Part shown: one piece after another, positions 9,185 through 19,058 of the stretch
Position numbering within the stretch: position 1 is the stretch's first letter
How the letters are laid out: the number at the start of each line of letters is the position of its first letter
Origin: Mesotaenium endlicherianum
Lineage: Eukaryota
Reading direction: 5' to 3'
Length of the DNA stretch: 64,000 nucleotides
Assembly: GCA_009602735.1 (NCBI GenBank)
Contig: WELA01003362.1
Coordinates: 1 to 64,000 of the forward strand
Notes under the pieces: generated by a model
Seen by the model: only the letters and a program-made list of their open reading frames with translations
What the model was told of the DNA's origin: nothing
Database searches by the model: none
Made by a program: the position numbers and the translations under genes

Positions 9185-10238
9185 ACTTTACCGGCTTCCG
9201 GTAAAACCAGGCCATCAACAGTACGCTTCCCACAAACCCAATGGCTCCTCCCGCCGCGGCCGCCATCCACCAATGCCATTCATTTTTCTTCAGCGGTAAC
9301 TCCGGCGTGTCTACCACCTGCACGGTGGGCGTTTCCTGTATCAGCGCCGTTCTGCTGATCTCCAGGTTCTTCACTATTTCTGCATAGATCGTCCCCTGCA
9401 CCACTTTATCCCTCGAAGAAATTTCCGCTGTCACTTCCGGCGCCGTATAAGCCGGGTTCACATCGAGCAACATCCTGCTGGCATCGGCTGCCGAATAAGT
9501 TTTGCGGTTCAGGGCATATTGTAAACTGTCGGCTTTGGCCTGTAAACGCTTTACATTGGTAGATAACCTGCGCGTTTTGGTTTCAATATAAAAATCGGCC
9601 GACTCCTGTAACAATCTTTTACAGAACAACTGGCTCAGTTGCTCATTGCGCATGGTGGTTTGCATTTCAAAAAAACCCAGCTTACGGTCGGGCTTGGCAA
9701 TGCTCAGCTCTTTTTCTCCTATCTGTTTGATGATGCGTTGCAGCAGGCTGTCTCCCAGGCGGCCGAACGTGCTAAGGCCGGGCGTAAAATCTACCTGTTT
9801 GCCCACTTTGCTGCTGTTCTTCCATTTTTCTTTCCATCCGTAAGTGTCGGCGTAGAGGTCGGCCAGGGAATATTGTTTGTTGCTGTCGACAGGTGTGAGG
9901 AGGGTTTTTTTAATCAAATGCTGACTGCGCACCAGCTCCAGCACATTATCACCTGCCAGCACACCGCTGGCGCCGCCGGAGAGGCTGCCGATATCAAAGC
10001 CGAATTGTCCCGCCAGGGCGCTCATGATGGAGCCGCCGCCTGTTTTGGCGTCTTCTACCACGAAGCTGAGCCGGGCTGTGTATGTAACCGGGCTTAACCA
10101 GGCTAATACCAATCCCACTACAATACCTGCTACGGTTACCAGCATCCAGGTGCGTACTTGCCCTAAGGCTGCTTTTATGCGTTGCAGGGCTTGCTGCCAT
10201 TGAGTTTGGAATGAATAAGGTTCGTCTTCGGGTAACAT
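9171..10238 (-). CDS. Wzz-like polysaccharide chain-length determinant / co-polymerase
   Basis: Two terminal TM helices, coiled middle, QETPTVQVVDTPELP before TM2; start moved to ATG 10238. Confidence 0.8.
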   Translation of the reverse strand: MLPEDEPYSFQTQWQQALQRIKAALGQVRTWMLVTVAGIVVGLVLAWLSPVTYTARLSFVVEDAKTGGGSIMSALAGQFGFDIGSLSGGASGVLAGDNVLELVRSQHLIKKTLLTPVDSNKQYSLADLYADTYGWKEKWKNSSKVGKQVDFTPGLSTFGRLGDSLLQRIIKQIGEKELSIAKPDRKLGFFEMQTTMRNEQLSQLFCKRLLQESADFYIETKTRRLSTNVKRLQAKADSLQYALNRKTYSAADASRMLLDVNPAYTAPEVTAEISSRDKVVQGTIYAEIVKNLEISRTALIQETPTVQVVDTPELPLKKNEWHWWMAAAAGGAIGFVGSVLLMAWFYRKPVKFNQA

Positions 10239-10257
10239 GATATTTTTAATTTTCAAT

Positions 10258-10337
10258 CGTCATCCCGAGCGTAGCCGAGGGATCTGCCCGAACGCGCTAG
10301 CAGCTCCTTCGACTCGCTGCGCTCGCTCAGGATGACG
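10258..10337. repeat. CGTC double-hairpin element, copy 1
   Basis: CGTCATCCCGAGCG...CGCTCAGGATGACG, 80 bp. Confidence 0.95.
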
Positions 10338-10349
10338 TTTTTTTTTCGG

Positions 10350-12644
10350 TTATTTTCTGAGTACTGCTATCAAGCTAATCAGCGCAGTGAAAGAGCCGGT
10401 GAGCGCTGAAATTTCTATCACCGATAAACCGCGCTTTTCTCCTTCCAGCCGCTCGGGTACAATGATCTTACTTCCGGGCATTACCCTTGGGTAATGGCGG
10501 AAGAAAAGAAAATGCCGGATCTTTTTGTTGATGCCATTGCTGTACGCCACATACGCTTTGCGCAGGTTCCCTTTGTCGGTTACACCACCGGCATCGGCAA
10601 TATAAGACAACATGCGGCCAGAGCCATAGCTCAGGATCTGCGGTGTGAACACAGCCCCCTGCACTTCTACAAAAGGTACATTGCGCGGCACATAAATGCT
10701 GTCATCCGGCAGCAGCAGGAATTTTTCATTGCTGCGGTTGCCAGCCTCAAACAAATTGGTGCCCACACGCAAATGGTTGCGGTACACCTGCACATTGGCC
10801 ATCGATGCATAAGGCGTAATACCACCGGCGCGCAGCAACAGTTCCTGCACGGTCTCATCTCTCCGCTCCAGCGCATAATCGCCCGAATACAATACTTCAC
10901 CCCTGAGTTTTACATTGCCCAGGGTATGGTAGTTGAGTAGTTTGGGAACGAACACATAATCGAGTGGTTGCAACAGGGTATGGCTGCTTTGCTGTAGGGT
11001 AGAATCTACATCTACCTTTAGCAGGCTGAGCAGTTGGTTGGCCAGGGTATCGGATTTATTTTTCTCTAATCGTGATATCTCCACTTTGTGGGTAGCGGCA
11101 TCGGCCGTAAAGCCACCCGCCATCACAATAGCGTCTTCTACTGAAATACCCTGCCGGAACTCGAATGAGCCCGGATTGCGCACATTACCGCCAACGGTAA
11201 CGCTCAGTACATCCCGTATGCTGTCGCGCGCAGGTATGTAAACAGAGTCTTCGCGGATCAATGCAATATCATTGGTTTTGCCGGATTGTATTTGGTTGAG
11301 GTCGAAAGAGACCAGCTCGCGCACAGCGCCATTGTCGCGGAAGCGCACAATATATCCCCGGTTGCGGAACGCATCTTCGCGCAGGCCATCGGCCTTACGG
11401 ATCAGTTGGGTAAGGGTAAGATCCTGGCTCAATTCGTAATTGCCGGGATGATACACCGCGCCGCTGATAACGACACGGTTGCTGAAACGGCTGAGTATTT
11501 TTTCTACCTGCACCGAATCGCCGTTGCGGGGAAGGAAATAAGCAAAATCGGCGGCCGCCACATCACGCACCTTTCTTTCTTTATCGCCCAACTGCACCAG
11601 CTTTACCGCGTCTTTGAGAGCATGATCGCCCAGTCCGCCGCCATAGTTAATGAGATCGGCCAGGGTTTCTTTGCCCAGCAGCTCATAGATCGCCGGGCGC
11701 TTTACTTCACCCGCCAGCATCACCCTTTTCTCGTACACAGGAAAACGGATCACATCCTGGTCCTGCAAACGGATATTGGGTAATGTGCCCTTTTGTAAGA
11801 ATTCATAAAAGTCAACCGTCTGTAATACTTTATTGTCGCGGATCAGCTCAATTTTTCGCAAAGAGCCGTTCTGCGAAGGACCGCCGGAGAGGTACAATAC
11901 GTTGAAAAAACTGGCCAGGGCTGTTACCGTATAATTACCCGGCTTCTCGGCTTCGCCGATCACACTTATCCGGATGCCCCGCACATTGCCAAGGGAAAGG
12001 TACAAGCGGGTGCGGCCCGATGCCAACCCGGGGTAAGGAACGCGCAGCCGGTTCTTGATCTGTTGTGTGGCTTGGTCGATAGTGAGACCGTTCAGGTTCA
12101 CAAAACCGGCATGGGGCAATTCATAATTGCCTTCGCGGCTGATCACAGCGGTATTGGTGAGTTCATTGAGACCCGAAAGGGAAAGCGTTAATTCATCATT
12201 GGCGCCCAATACATAACTGGCCGGGGTGGCCACATTGAAATTGGGCTCAAAAGACATCTCCGGACTATTGAAAAAATCAAACCCGTAGTAAGGAGAATTT
12301 TTTTTCAGCTGCGGCATTTCAAAGATCCAGGTAGAGTCGCGCATAAAATTACTGGTATCCTTGATGATGGTGTTGGTGCTGAACCGTGATTTGGAGCCCG
12401 CCTGTAACTGCACCAGCCTTTTTTTGAAAGCATTCACTTCAGTAGGACTCATCCCTTTCTGCACCAGCAAACGAACGGCATCGCTTTCAGACATGCCCGA
12501 CTTCTGCGCCTGTTGCCACAGTTGAATGATCTGCTGGTCGGACAGCTGCGATACTTTGCCGGAGAAACTGCCGTTCTGCGCCAGGGCGGCGGTACCTGCC
12601 AAAGTAATGAACAGCCAACCCAGGCCACGGAGAAAATGCTTCAT
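10350..12644 (-). CDS. SLBB-domain polysaccharide export protein (Wza/KpsD-like)
   Basis: Signal peptide, YVLGANDEL Poly_export region, repeated GEV..PG.YEL SLBB motifs; start at ATG 12644 because a TATATTTG box overlaps the TTG at 12665. Confidence 0.9.
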   Translation of the reverse strand: MKHFLRGLGWLFITLAGTAALAQNGSFSGKVSQLSDQQIIQLWQQAQKSGMSESDAVRLLVQKGMSPTEVNAFKKRLVQLQAGSKSRFSTNTIIKDTSNFMRDSTWIFEMPQLKKNSPYYGFDFFNSPEMSFEPNFNVATPASYVLGANDELTLSLSGLNELTNTAVISREGNYELPHAGFVNLNGLTIDQATQQIKNRLRVPYPGLASGRTRLYLSLGNVRGIRISVIGEAEKPGNYTVTALASFFNVLYLSGGPSQNGSLRKIELIRDNKVLQTVDFYEFLQKGTLPNIRLQDQDVIRFPVYEKRVMLAGEVKRPAIYELLGKETLADLINYGGGLGDHALKDAVKLVQLGDKERKVRDVAAADFAYFLPRNGDSVQVEKILSRFSNRVVISGAVYHPGNYELSQDLTLTQLIRKADGLREDAFRNRGYIVRFRDNGAVRELVSFDLNQIQSGKTNDIALIREDSVYIPARDSIRDVLSVTVGGNVRNPGSFEFRQGISVEDAIVMAGGFTADAATHKVEISRLEKNKSDTLANQLLSLLKVDVDSTLQQSSHTLLQPLDYVFVPKLLNYHTLGNVKLRGEVLYSGDYALERRDETVQELLLRAGGITPYASMANVQVYRNHLRVGTNLFEAGNRSNEKFLLLPDDSIYVPRNVPFVEVQGAVFTPQILSYGSGRMLSYIADAGGVTDKGNLRKAYVAYSNGINKKIRHFLFFRHYPRVMPGSKIIVPERLEGEKRGLSVIEISALTGSFTALISLIAVLRK

Positions 12645-12689
12645 AGTATGGAATAAGTGCGACAAATATATAGGTTTTGAAGGAGAGGC

Positions 12690-14342
12690 TTAGAGCCCGT
12701 AACTCATGCCGATGTTCAGGGTATGGTCGTTGTACGACTGCCCCGTTTTATAATCGGTTACGTGCAGGTTGCTGATAAAGCCGCGCAGGTACAATTTATG
12801 CACCCATTGATAAGAGAGGCTGCCATACCATTCCTGGCGATGGTTTTGCAGGTCGAACAGGAAGGGAGGTTGCGGCTGTGCAAAATATTGCTGGTCTACA
12901 GTGCCGGGTCCGCCCTTGCGGATATACTGGTAGCGAACCATGCACTGGAGGCGGGGAGCAGGGGTGTATTTGAGGAAAGCGATCCACCGGTCGGCATTAT
13001 TACCCATCCAGTCGCCCAGCAGGTAACTGTCGTGCGTATACAGTTGGGCGGGTATCAGGTTGCTGTACACAAAGGGCCTGATCTTGGTATATTCGGCGCC
13101 GATGGTGAGATAAGGGATGAACGCATCTGTAACGGAAGCGCCGATATTCATACCTACCTGGTTGCGGTTTTTTACCTTATCGAACACCTTTGACAGGAGT
13201 ATCTCGTCGATGAACAGGGTGGAATACAAATGGGTTTTGGGCAACTGGTTGCGCGAGCTCACCTGGAAAAAGAACTGACCGTTTGAGCCGTTGTTATTGT
13301 TGTTGTCATTGACCAGGTTGTCATAAGCTTTGAAGAACATGATGGGGATCAGGTAGCCCAACTCCAGCCGGTCGCTGTAGATCATCGATTCGCCTAAGCT
13401 GATATCCAATCCTTTTGTGGGCGTGATCTGTACACTATGTGTAGCCATATATTTGGCGATGGTGAACTCGCGAATGCCACCATAAACGGTGTTGCCGGTA
13501 CGGTAGGAGCGGGTAGAGTCTATAATATCTGAATGCAGCCAGGCATGGGTATAGTTGAAGCTGAGCCAGGGCAGTGGCCGGTAATCGAGGCGTATATAGG
13601 GATAGGTAGGGGCTTTGTCGGACAATACCATCCGTCCGTTCTCGCCATAACCCCATAGCAGGTGATCCTGCCCGATGCTTACCGAACCATTCTTCCAGGT
13701 ATAGGCTAATCCGGCGCGTAAGGCGGTGTAGTTATGGCTTTTTTTATTGTCGGCAATACGGCCCACGATACCCGTTTCGGGCGTGTTTTGGCGTATGGTA
13801 TCCATGCCCGGGCCTTTTTCATTGATATCATTCAGGGCAATGTACCACGACCAATGCTTATCGCCATACCCGTATATATTGAACCCGGAGCTGTATTGCT
13901 TCACATCCTTGCCACTGCCGCGTATATAGCCGGCAGTGATCACCGGATCGGCCCTGAGCAGGAACTGTTTACCGGTATAAGAAAAAAAGCGCCAGCGTGC
14001 ATAACCGTCTTTTTTGAAAACGGTAGGTTTGGTATTGATGGCCGATGAATCGCGCTGCAATTCTTTTGAATCGGTATATTCCTGACGATAGAAATCAAGC
14101 TCTTTTTGTTCTACCCGGCTAAGTTGTGTTTGGTGGGCAGCCAGGCTGTCGAGGCATTGTTCAATATAAATGCGGCTGAGTGGCCGGATATGATCATTGA
14201 AAACGATCAATCCCTTCTGCGCCATACGGGAAAGATAATTGTACACCTCGCCGCGGTGGTCTTCCCAAACAGATTGACCGCTAGCCTTAGGGGTAAATGC
14301 TTGAAAGCTAAACAAGAGTGCGAAAAATAAGATGCTTCTCAT
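12690..14342 (-). CDS. Wzi-like outer-membrane beta-barrel protein
   Basis: Signal peptide; GQDHLLWGYGENGRMVLSDKAP resembles the Wzi motif; context. Confidence 0.7.
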   Translation of the reverse strand: MRSILFFALLFSFQAFTPKASGQSVWEDHRGEVYNYLSRMAQKGLIVFNDHIRPLSRIYIEQCLDSLAAHQTQLSRVEQKELDFYRQEYTDSKELQRDSSAINTKPTVFKKDGYARWRFFSYTGKQFLLRADPVITAGYIRGSGKDVKQYSSGFNIYGYGDKHWSWYIALNDINEKGPGMDTIRQNTPETGIVGRIADNKKSHNYTALRAGLAYTWKNGSVSIGQDHLLWGYGENGRMVLSDKAPTYPYIRLDYRPLPWLSFNYTHAWLHSDIIDSTRSYRTGNTVYGGIREFTIAKYMATHSVQITPTKGLDISLGESMIYSDRLELGYLIPIMFFKAYDNLVNDNNNNNGSNGQFFFQVSSRNQLPKTHLYSTLFIDEILLSKVFDKVKNRNQVGMNIGASVTDAFIPYLTIGAEYTKIRPFVYSNLIPAQLYTHDSYLLGDWMGNNADRWIAFLKYTPAPRLQCMVRYQYIRKGGPGTVDQQYFAQPQPPFLFDLQNHRQEWYGSLSYQWVHKLYLRGFISNLHVTDYKTGQSYNDHTLNIGMSYGL

Positions 14343-14413
14343 TTAAAAATAATTTACAATGTACCGAACGGTCAAAGGTAGGCTTCGGCAAAAGATGCAT
14401 AAATTAATATATT

Positions 14414-15817
14414 CTAATACGCATTCTGATCCCCTCTGCAGATATTGATCACCGTTTGCAGAATGATCTGGCAATCCAGCCAGAATGTCCAGCGATGGAT
14501 ATAATAGAGGTCGAAGTTCACACGGCGCTGCATAGAGCCCGGACTGCGGGTTTCACCACGACAGCCATTCACCTGCGCCCATCCTGAAATGCCCGGCTTC
14601 ACCACATGGCGCAGCATGTAATTGTCTACCGTTTGCATGGATTCCAGGTTTAGTGGTGTGGGGTGGGGGCGCGGACCCACCACCGACATATTACCCAGCA
14701 ACACATTCCAGAACTGGGGCAGTTCATCGAGGTTAGTGCGGCGCAGCACGGCACCGAGGGGCGTCACGCGCGGATCGTTTTTCAGGGCCTGGTTATAATG
14801 GCCGTTGCTGTCGGTATCGTGGCTGCCATTCACCATGGTACGGAACTTATAGCAAGTGATCTTTTCATTGTTGAGACCCCATCTTTCCTGCTTGAAAATA
14901 ACAGACCCTCGGGATGTAAGTTTAATTGCTATCGCAATCAGGGGGAGCAGCCAGCTACCGATCAACACGAAGAAAAAAAGAGAAAACAACACGTCGAAAA
15001 TGCGTTTGAGAAGCTTGTTCTCTTCTTTATCCAGCGGCAGCTCGCGGATATTGATCACCGATAATTGCCCGATATTATTGACCTGTATGGAAGAGGTGGC
15101 GAACTGTTGCACATCGGGAATGATCCTTGCCTTGGTACCGTAATAATCGCAGATCTCAATGCATTCCTGGATCATTTTGCTTTGGGCATTGGGCAGGGCG
15201 ATGACCACTTCATCTACCATCTTGCCTTGTAAAAGGGCAGGCAGTTGAGAAAGGCCTCCGTGATAAGTACAGCCGTTCATTTTAGGCGTATGGTCGTCGA
15301 TGAATCCAATGCATTTATAACCGTAATAATAATATTTATTGATGGTCTCATAAAAATCGAGGGCGCTGTTGGTGGCGCCTACCAGCAACAGGTTGTCGAG
15401 CAGCTTGCCCTGGAAAAGGGCCGAGTGCAGGTATTTACGGATAATGTATTTGGTAATGGTAAAGAAACCAAAGAGCAGGGCGATGAAAGTGACGAAGAAC
15501 AAACTGCTGAATTGAAAATAATCCTGGAGGAAAAAAGAAATGGAACTGAGCAGTATGCTGTAGATGACCAGCGTGTAAGCAATAAAAACGATCTCTTCAG
15601 AATACTTGTTAGACCGCCGGTCCTTGTATAGCTTGGAAAAAGCGGTAGCAACGTACCAGGTAGTGAGGGCGATCAATAAAAAAAGATAATTGCTGGCATC
15701 GTTGGCGAAAATACTTTGTTTGAGAACCAGGCGTCTTGCCACTATGAAAGAGATCCCGATCACAGGACCGTCGATGATGTATTTAATGAGCGTGTACCGG
15801 TTATACGACTTGGTCAT
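14414..15817 (-). CDS. wcaJ: Undecaprenyl-phosphate glucose phosphotransferase (WcaJ-like)
   Basis: Four N-terminal TMs, CoA-binding-like middle, KFRTM...DPRVT...[10 protein letters not shown]...[18 protein letters not shown]. Confidence 0.9.
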   Translation of the reverse strand: MTKSYNRYTLIKYIIDGPVIGISFIVARRLVLKQSIFANDASNYLFLLIALTTWYVATAFSKLYKDRRSNKYSEEIVFIAYTLVIYSILLSSISFFLQDYFQFSSLFFVTFIALLFGFFTITKYIIRKYLHSALFQGKLLDNLLLVGATNSALDFYETINKYYYYGYKCIGFIDDHTPKMNGCTYHGGLSQLPALLQGKMVDEVVIALPNAQSKMIQECIEICDYYGTKARIIPDVQQFATSSIQVNNIGQLSVINIRELPLDKEENKLLKRIFDVLFSLFFFVLIGSWLLPLIAIAIKLTSRGSVIFKQERWGLNNEKITCYKFRTMVNGSHDTDSNGHYNQALKNDPRVTPLGAVLRRTNLDELPQFWNVLLGNMSVVGPRPHPTPLNLESMQTVDNYMLRHVVKPGISGWAQVNGCRGETRSPGSMQRRVNFDLYYIHRWTFWLDCQIILQTVINICRGDQNAY

Positions 15818-15915
15818 AATGCGTTCAAAAGGATATTAGCACGTTGATAGGGGGGATCAACAATTTTCATGCTAAAATAGTTGAATATTTAATAGCCACC
15901 TAAGAAAGACCCGGT

Positions 15916-16692
15916 TTAGGGGATAAAACGCTGCTTGCGGATCTTCTGCCTGACTACCAGGGGGATGAAGCGGGGCGCCTCTACAAAATAGCGGTTGAAC
16001 AGGCGCCGGGGTTCTTTGTAAAAGCGGTACAGCCATTCCAGGCCGTTTTGTTGCATGAAACGGGGTGCCCGGGGTATCAGTCCGGCTGCCACTTCAAAAG
16101 CGCCGCCCACGCCAATGGCCACTTTCACTTCCAGTTGGTCGAGGTGATCATATATCCAGAAATCCTGCTTGGGGGCCGTAAGACTCACCCAGAGGATATC
16201 GGGTTTAACCTCGTTGATGAGCCGGATCATTTTTTGGTTTTCGGCCTCGCTGAACTGTTCGGCGAAAGGCGGGGAGTAGAGGCCGGTGATGCGGATGCCG
16301 GGGAAGCGCTGTTCATAGGCTGTTTTGAGCTGTTCGGCCACCCCTTCCCGGGCGCCCAGCAAGAACATGGTATATTTTCTATGGTAGCACTCCTCCATAT
16401 ATTGCGGGAGCAGGTCCAGGCCGGTAACCCTTCCTTTCAGGGGGGTGCCCAACAGTTTGGAGGCCCAGATCAGGGGAACACCGTCGCACAAGGTGAGATC
16501 GGCGCTGTTGTATAATTCTTTGAGGGGCCGATTGCGGTGTGCCCACACCACGCAGTTGACAGGCGTAACACAAACTCTTTTTTTCTCGCCGGCATCCACC
16601 CACCGGTTGAAGATATCCATCGTTTCCCGAAGAGAAACATTGCTGATACCCGTTCCGGCGATATTTACTTTAGTGGCAGTTCGCTCGTTCAT
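15916..16692 (-). CDS. WecB/TagA/CpsF-family glycosyltransferase
   Basis: DGVPL, RVTGLDL, PDILWVSLTAPKQD, GVGGAF, RAP..MQ..GLEWLYR..EPRRL motifs. Confidence 0.93.
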   Translation of the reverse strand: MNERTATKVNIAGTGISNVSLRETMDIFNRWVDAGEKKRVCVTPVNCVVWAHRNRPLKELYNSADLTLCDGVPLIWASKLLGTPLKGRVTGLDLLPQYMEECYHRKYTMFLLGAREGVAEQLKTAYEQRFPGIRITGLYSPPFAEQFSEAENQKMIRLINEVKPDILWVSLTAPKQDFWIYDHLDQLEVKVAIGVGGAFEVAAGLIPRAPRFMQQNGLEWLYRFYKEPRRLFNRYFVEAPRFIPLVVRQKIRKQRFIP

Positions 16693-16718
16693 AAACTGGT
16701 GCAGGATTGGTTTTGCTT

Positions 16719-17096
16719 CTATTGTTCCTGCAACTTGTTTTGCAAAGAGGCAGTAAGTGCTATTAAGGCAGGGGAGAATTGTTCACTTTGTAGCTGTGCG
16801 TACTTTAATTCAACTGTATGATACAATCCTTCCAAAAAATCGAATTCCTGCACTACAATTGTATCCTTGCATCGAACAATTTCTGAGATTAGCTCACTTT
16901 TGTCCGCATTAAAAATGGAAAAGTTGACGCATGGAAATTTTTCATCACCATAAAAATATTTGTCCACCCTCAGGACTTGATTATTAAAGGCAGATTCATA
17001 AGAAAATAGTCCTTTCCCTTTCTGCCACTGAAGCAATCCATGAGTGGTAGCATCTTTCACTGTATTGGTCAGTAATATAAATTGTTTATTGAACAT
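16719..17096 (-). CDS. Hypothetical soluble protein (125 aa)
   Basis: ATG 2 nt after the upstream gene's stop; AT-rich; no recognised motif. Confidence 0.6.
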   Translation of the reverse strand: MFNKQFILLTNTVKDATTHGLLQWQKGKGLFSYESAFNNQVLRVDKYFYGDEKFPCVNFSIFNADKSELISEIVRCKDTIVVQEFDFLEGLYHTVELKYAQLQSEQFSPALIALTASLQNKLQEQ

Positions 17097-17098
17097 AG

Positions 17099-17707
17099 CT
17101 AAGACTTTAACATGTTTTCACAGGATTCGAATTCAAGGAGTACTTTTTGGATATGGAGTTGATGGTGGCTACGTGGAAAATTTTTAATCGTTGTTTCGTC
17201 CATTGCTATTAATTCTTGCTCCATTTGTTCCAACAAAATTAGTGCCTTTTTGCCATCTATCAATATCCCCTTTGTTAAGCCTCCCTGCCTTTGTAACATA
17301 GACTGAAGATAGCTATAGGCACGATTTATTTCATATCCGTAATCAGTAACTGTGTTTCTGGAAATATTGACGTCCGTCTCCATCCGGTCGTTCAGAGACT
17401 CAAGTACTCTCTTGATATATCCACATTTTACCAGCGAATTAGTTTTGTAATCCTGTTGCCGGATATCCTCCAGTGCTTTATCTCTGATTATCTGATCGCT
17501 TTCTAATTTAGACACCTGGAATACAGTCATAGCCAGCCCAATAATGGTAAAGAAATTACAGACTGTGGCAAAGAAATTTATTTCAAGAACTCCGCTTTCC
17601 CATAGATGATATTCATAACCAAACCAGTGCCAGCAGAGATACGAAAGTAAAACTGATACAAACAGAATGAGGAGAAACAACAATAACACCTTTCTGATGG
17701 CATTCAT
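17099..17707 (-). CDS. Hypothetical protein with two N-terminal TM helices and a helical C-terminal domain
   Basis: Hydrophobic VLLLFLLILFVSVLLSYLCW and FFATVCNFFTIIGLAMTVF; start placed at ATG 17707, downstream of the promoter box. Confidence 0.65.
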   Translation of the reverse strand: MNAIRKVLLLFLLILFVSVLLSYLCWHWFGYEYHLWESGVLEINFFATVCNFFTIIGLAMTVFQVSKLESDQIIRDKALEDIRQQDYKTNSLVKCGYIKRVLESLNDRMETDVNISRNTVTDYGYEINRAYSYLQSMLQRQGGLTKGILIDGKKALILLEQMEQELIAMDETTIKNFPRSHHQLHIQKVLLEFESCENMLKS

Positions 17708-17737
17708 ATGTATCCAGAATATTTGTAATGATCGAAT

Positions 17738-17766
17738 CAAATGTAGAGGGGAAGCTAAATCCCAAA
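17738..17766 (-). promoter_or_regulatory. Bacteroidota sigmaA-type promoter for the orphan gene pair
   Basis: Minus strand TTTG-N17-TACATTTG. Confidence 0.55.
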
Positions 17767-17848
17767 AAGAGTTTTTCTACTCTTGTTTAGATGCAGAATA
17801 ATACAGATGCGCTTCCATTTCAAGTGGATAGCGCCTAAAGCGCCGGCA

Positions 17849-19024
17849 TCAAAAATGATAAACCTGCTCGAGGGTTTGCAGGTAACGCATTTCAGAGTAG
17901 TGCTGCTGAAAGCGATTGTATGAATCGGCGGAAACTTTGTCGAGCGCTTCCCTGGAAAGTCCTTCAAATAAATTGATCACCCTGATCAGGTCGTCGGGGT
18001 TGCCGGCTTCGTAAAGGAAACCATCCGTTTCATTGTTTACGAACCCACGGCTGTTGATGGTGGTTGCTACAATAGGAATGGCTCCGGTGCTCCGCGCTTC
18101 AATCAGGGTCATGGGCATTCCTTCAATCCAGAGAGAAGGAAATACAAGAGCGCGGCATTGCGCATAGTATTTAAACAGCACTTCGGGAGGCTGGGCGCCT
18201 TCGTACCGGATGTACTCAGAAGTATGTTGTTGCACAAAGTCAGACAACTCCCCTTCACCAAAAATCACCAGCTTTTTCTTCGCTTTTGTGAAGGCTGCTA
18301 CCAGGTGCTGGATGCCTTTTTCTTCACTGAGCCTGCCTGCATAGAGATAATAGTCGTCCCGTTGATCGTAATGCTGGTAGTTGCCATTGCCGGCCATCGG
18401 CAAAAAATTCGGCCTCACTACAATACGTCCGGCAGGCACGCCTATTTCTTCCAGTAAATGGGGCATGAATGGATTGACAGCGATAAAACGGTCTACTTTT
18501 TTAACCCAGGTGCCCAGCAAACGGTGAAAACGGGTAGACAGGGCCAGTGCAGCCGAAAACATACCGGAAGATTTGAAGCATTTACCGGCAATCCCCTTAT
18601 TGAAGCTTTTCTTTGTATGACAATCGAAGCAGGTTTTGCCATTGAGGAAGAAAACACCGTTCAGACAAAACAAGCGGTAATTGTGCAGGGTCATTACCGT
18701 GCTGGCGCCGGCAGCTTTTGCCGCCCAGAACACAGAAGGCGATGCCGTATAAAAGAAGTTGTGCACGTGTACCACCTGTATCCTGTGTTTCTTGACCAGC
18801 CGGTATACTTTCAAAAAAGCGTTCAGGTTATAAAAAAGCTTCAAAGGCATTGAAAAAGCGCCGAAGCCTGCTTTACTCAGTTGTTGGTTCTGAAATTCCA
18901 GGTAGTGGATGGTATAGGCATTCCTCGTTAGCACTTCCATTTCGTTGTGTACCACACTGTCTTCCCCGCCTTTGTGCAGGTACTTATTGTGGACAAACAA
19001 TACAGAAGGTTTCAAAGGAACCAT
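17849..19024 (-). CDS. Glycosyltransferase family 4
   Basis: HNKY..GGEDSV, VHVHN, TLHNYRLFC, YAGRLSEEKGI, PSLWIEGMPMTLIEA; start moved to ATG 19024. Confidence 0.9.
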   Translation of the reverse strand: MVPLKPSVLFVHNKYLHKGGEDSVVHNEMEVLTRNAYTIHYLEFQNQQLSKAGFGAFSMPLKLFYNLNAFLKVYRLVKKHRIQVVHVHNFFYTASPSVFWAAKAAGASTVMTLHNYRLFCLNGVFFLNGKTCFDCHTKKSFNKGIAGKCFKSSGMFSAALALSTRFHRLLGTWVKKVDRFIAVNPFMPHLLEEIGVPAGRIVVRPNFLPMAGNGNYQHYDQRDDYYLYAGRLSEEKGIQHLVAAFTKAKKKLVIFGEGELSDFVQQHTSEYIRYEGAQPPEVLFKYYAQCRALVFPSLWIEGMPMTLIEARSTGAIPIVATTINSRGFVNNETDGFLYEAGNPDDLIRVINLFEGLSREALDKVSADSYNRFQQHYSEMRYLQTLEQVYHF

Positions 19025-19058
19025 TGGTGTAATTTGGAAAGGCACAAAGATAGTCAAA

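Noticed and set aside
13290..13310. Poly-Asn run (DNNNNN) in the third Wzi-like gene as a contingency repeat
   Set aside because: Short, mixed AAC/AAT codons, and in-frame, so it cannot switch the gene off
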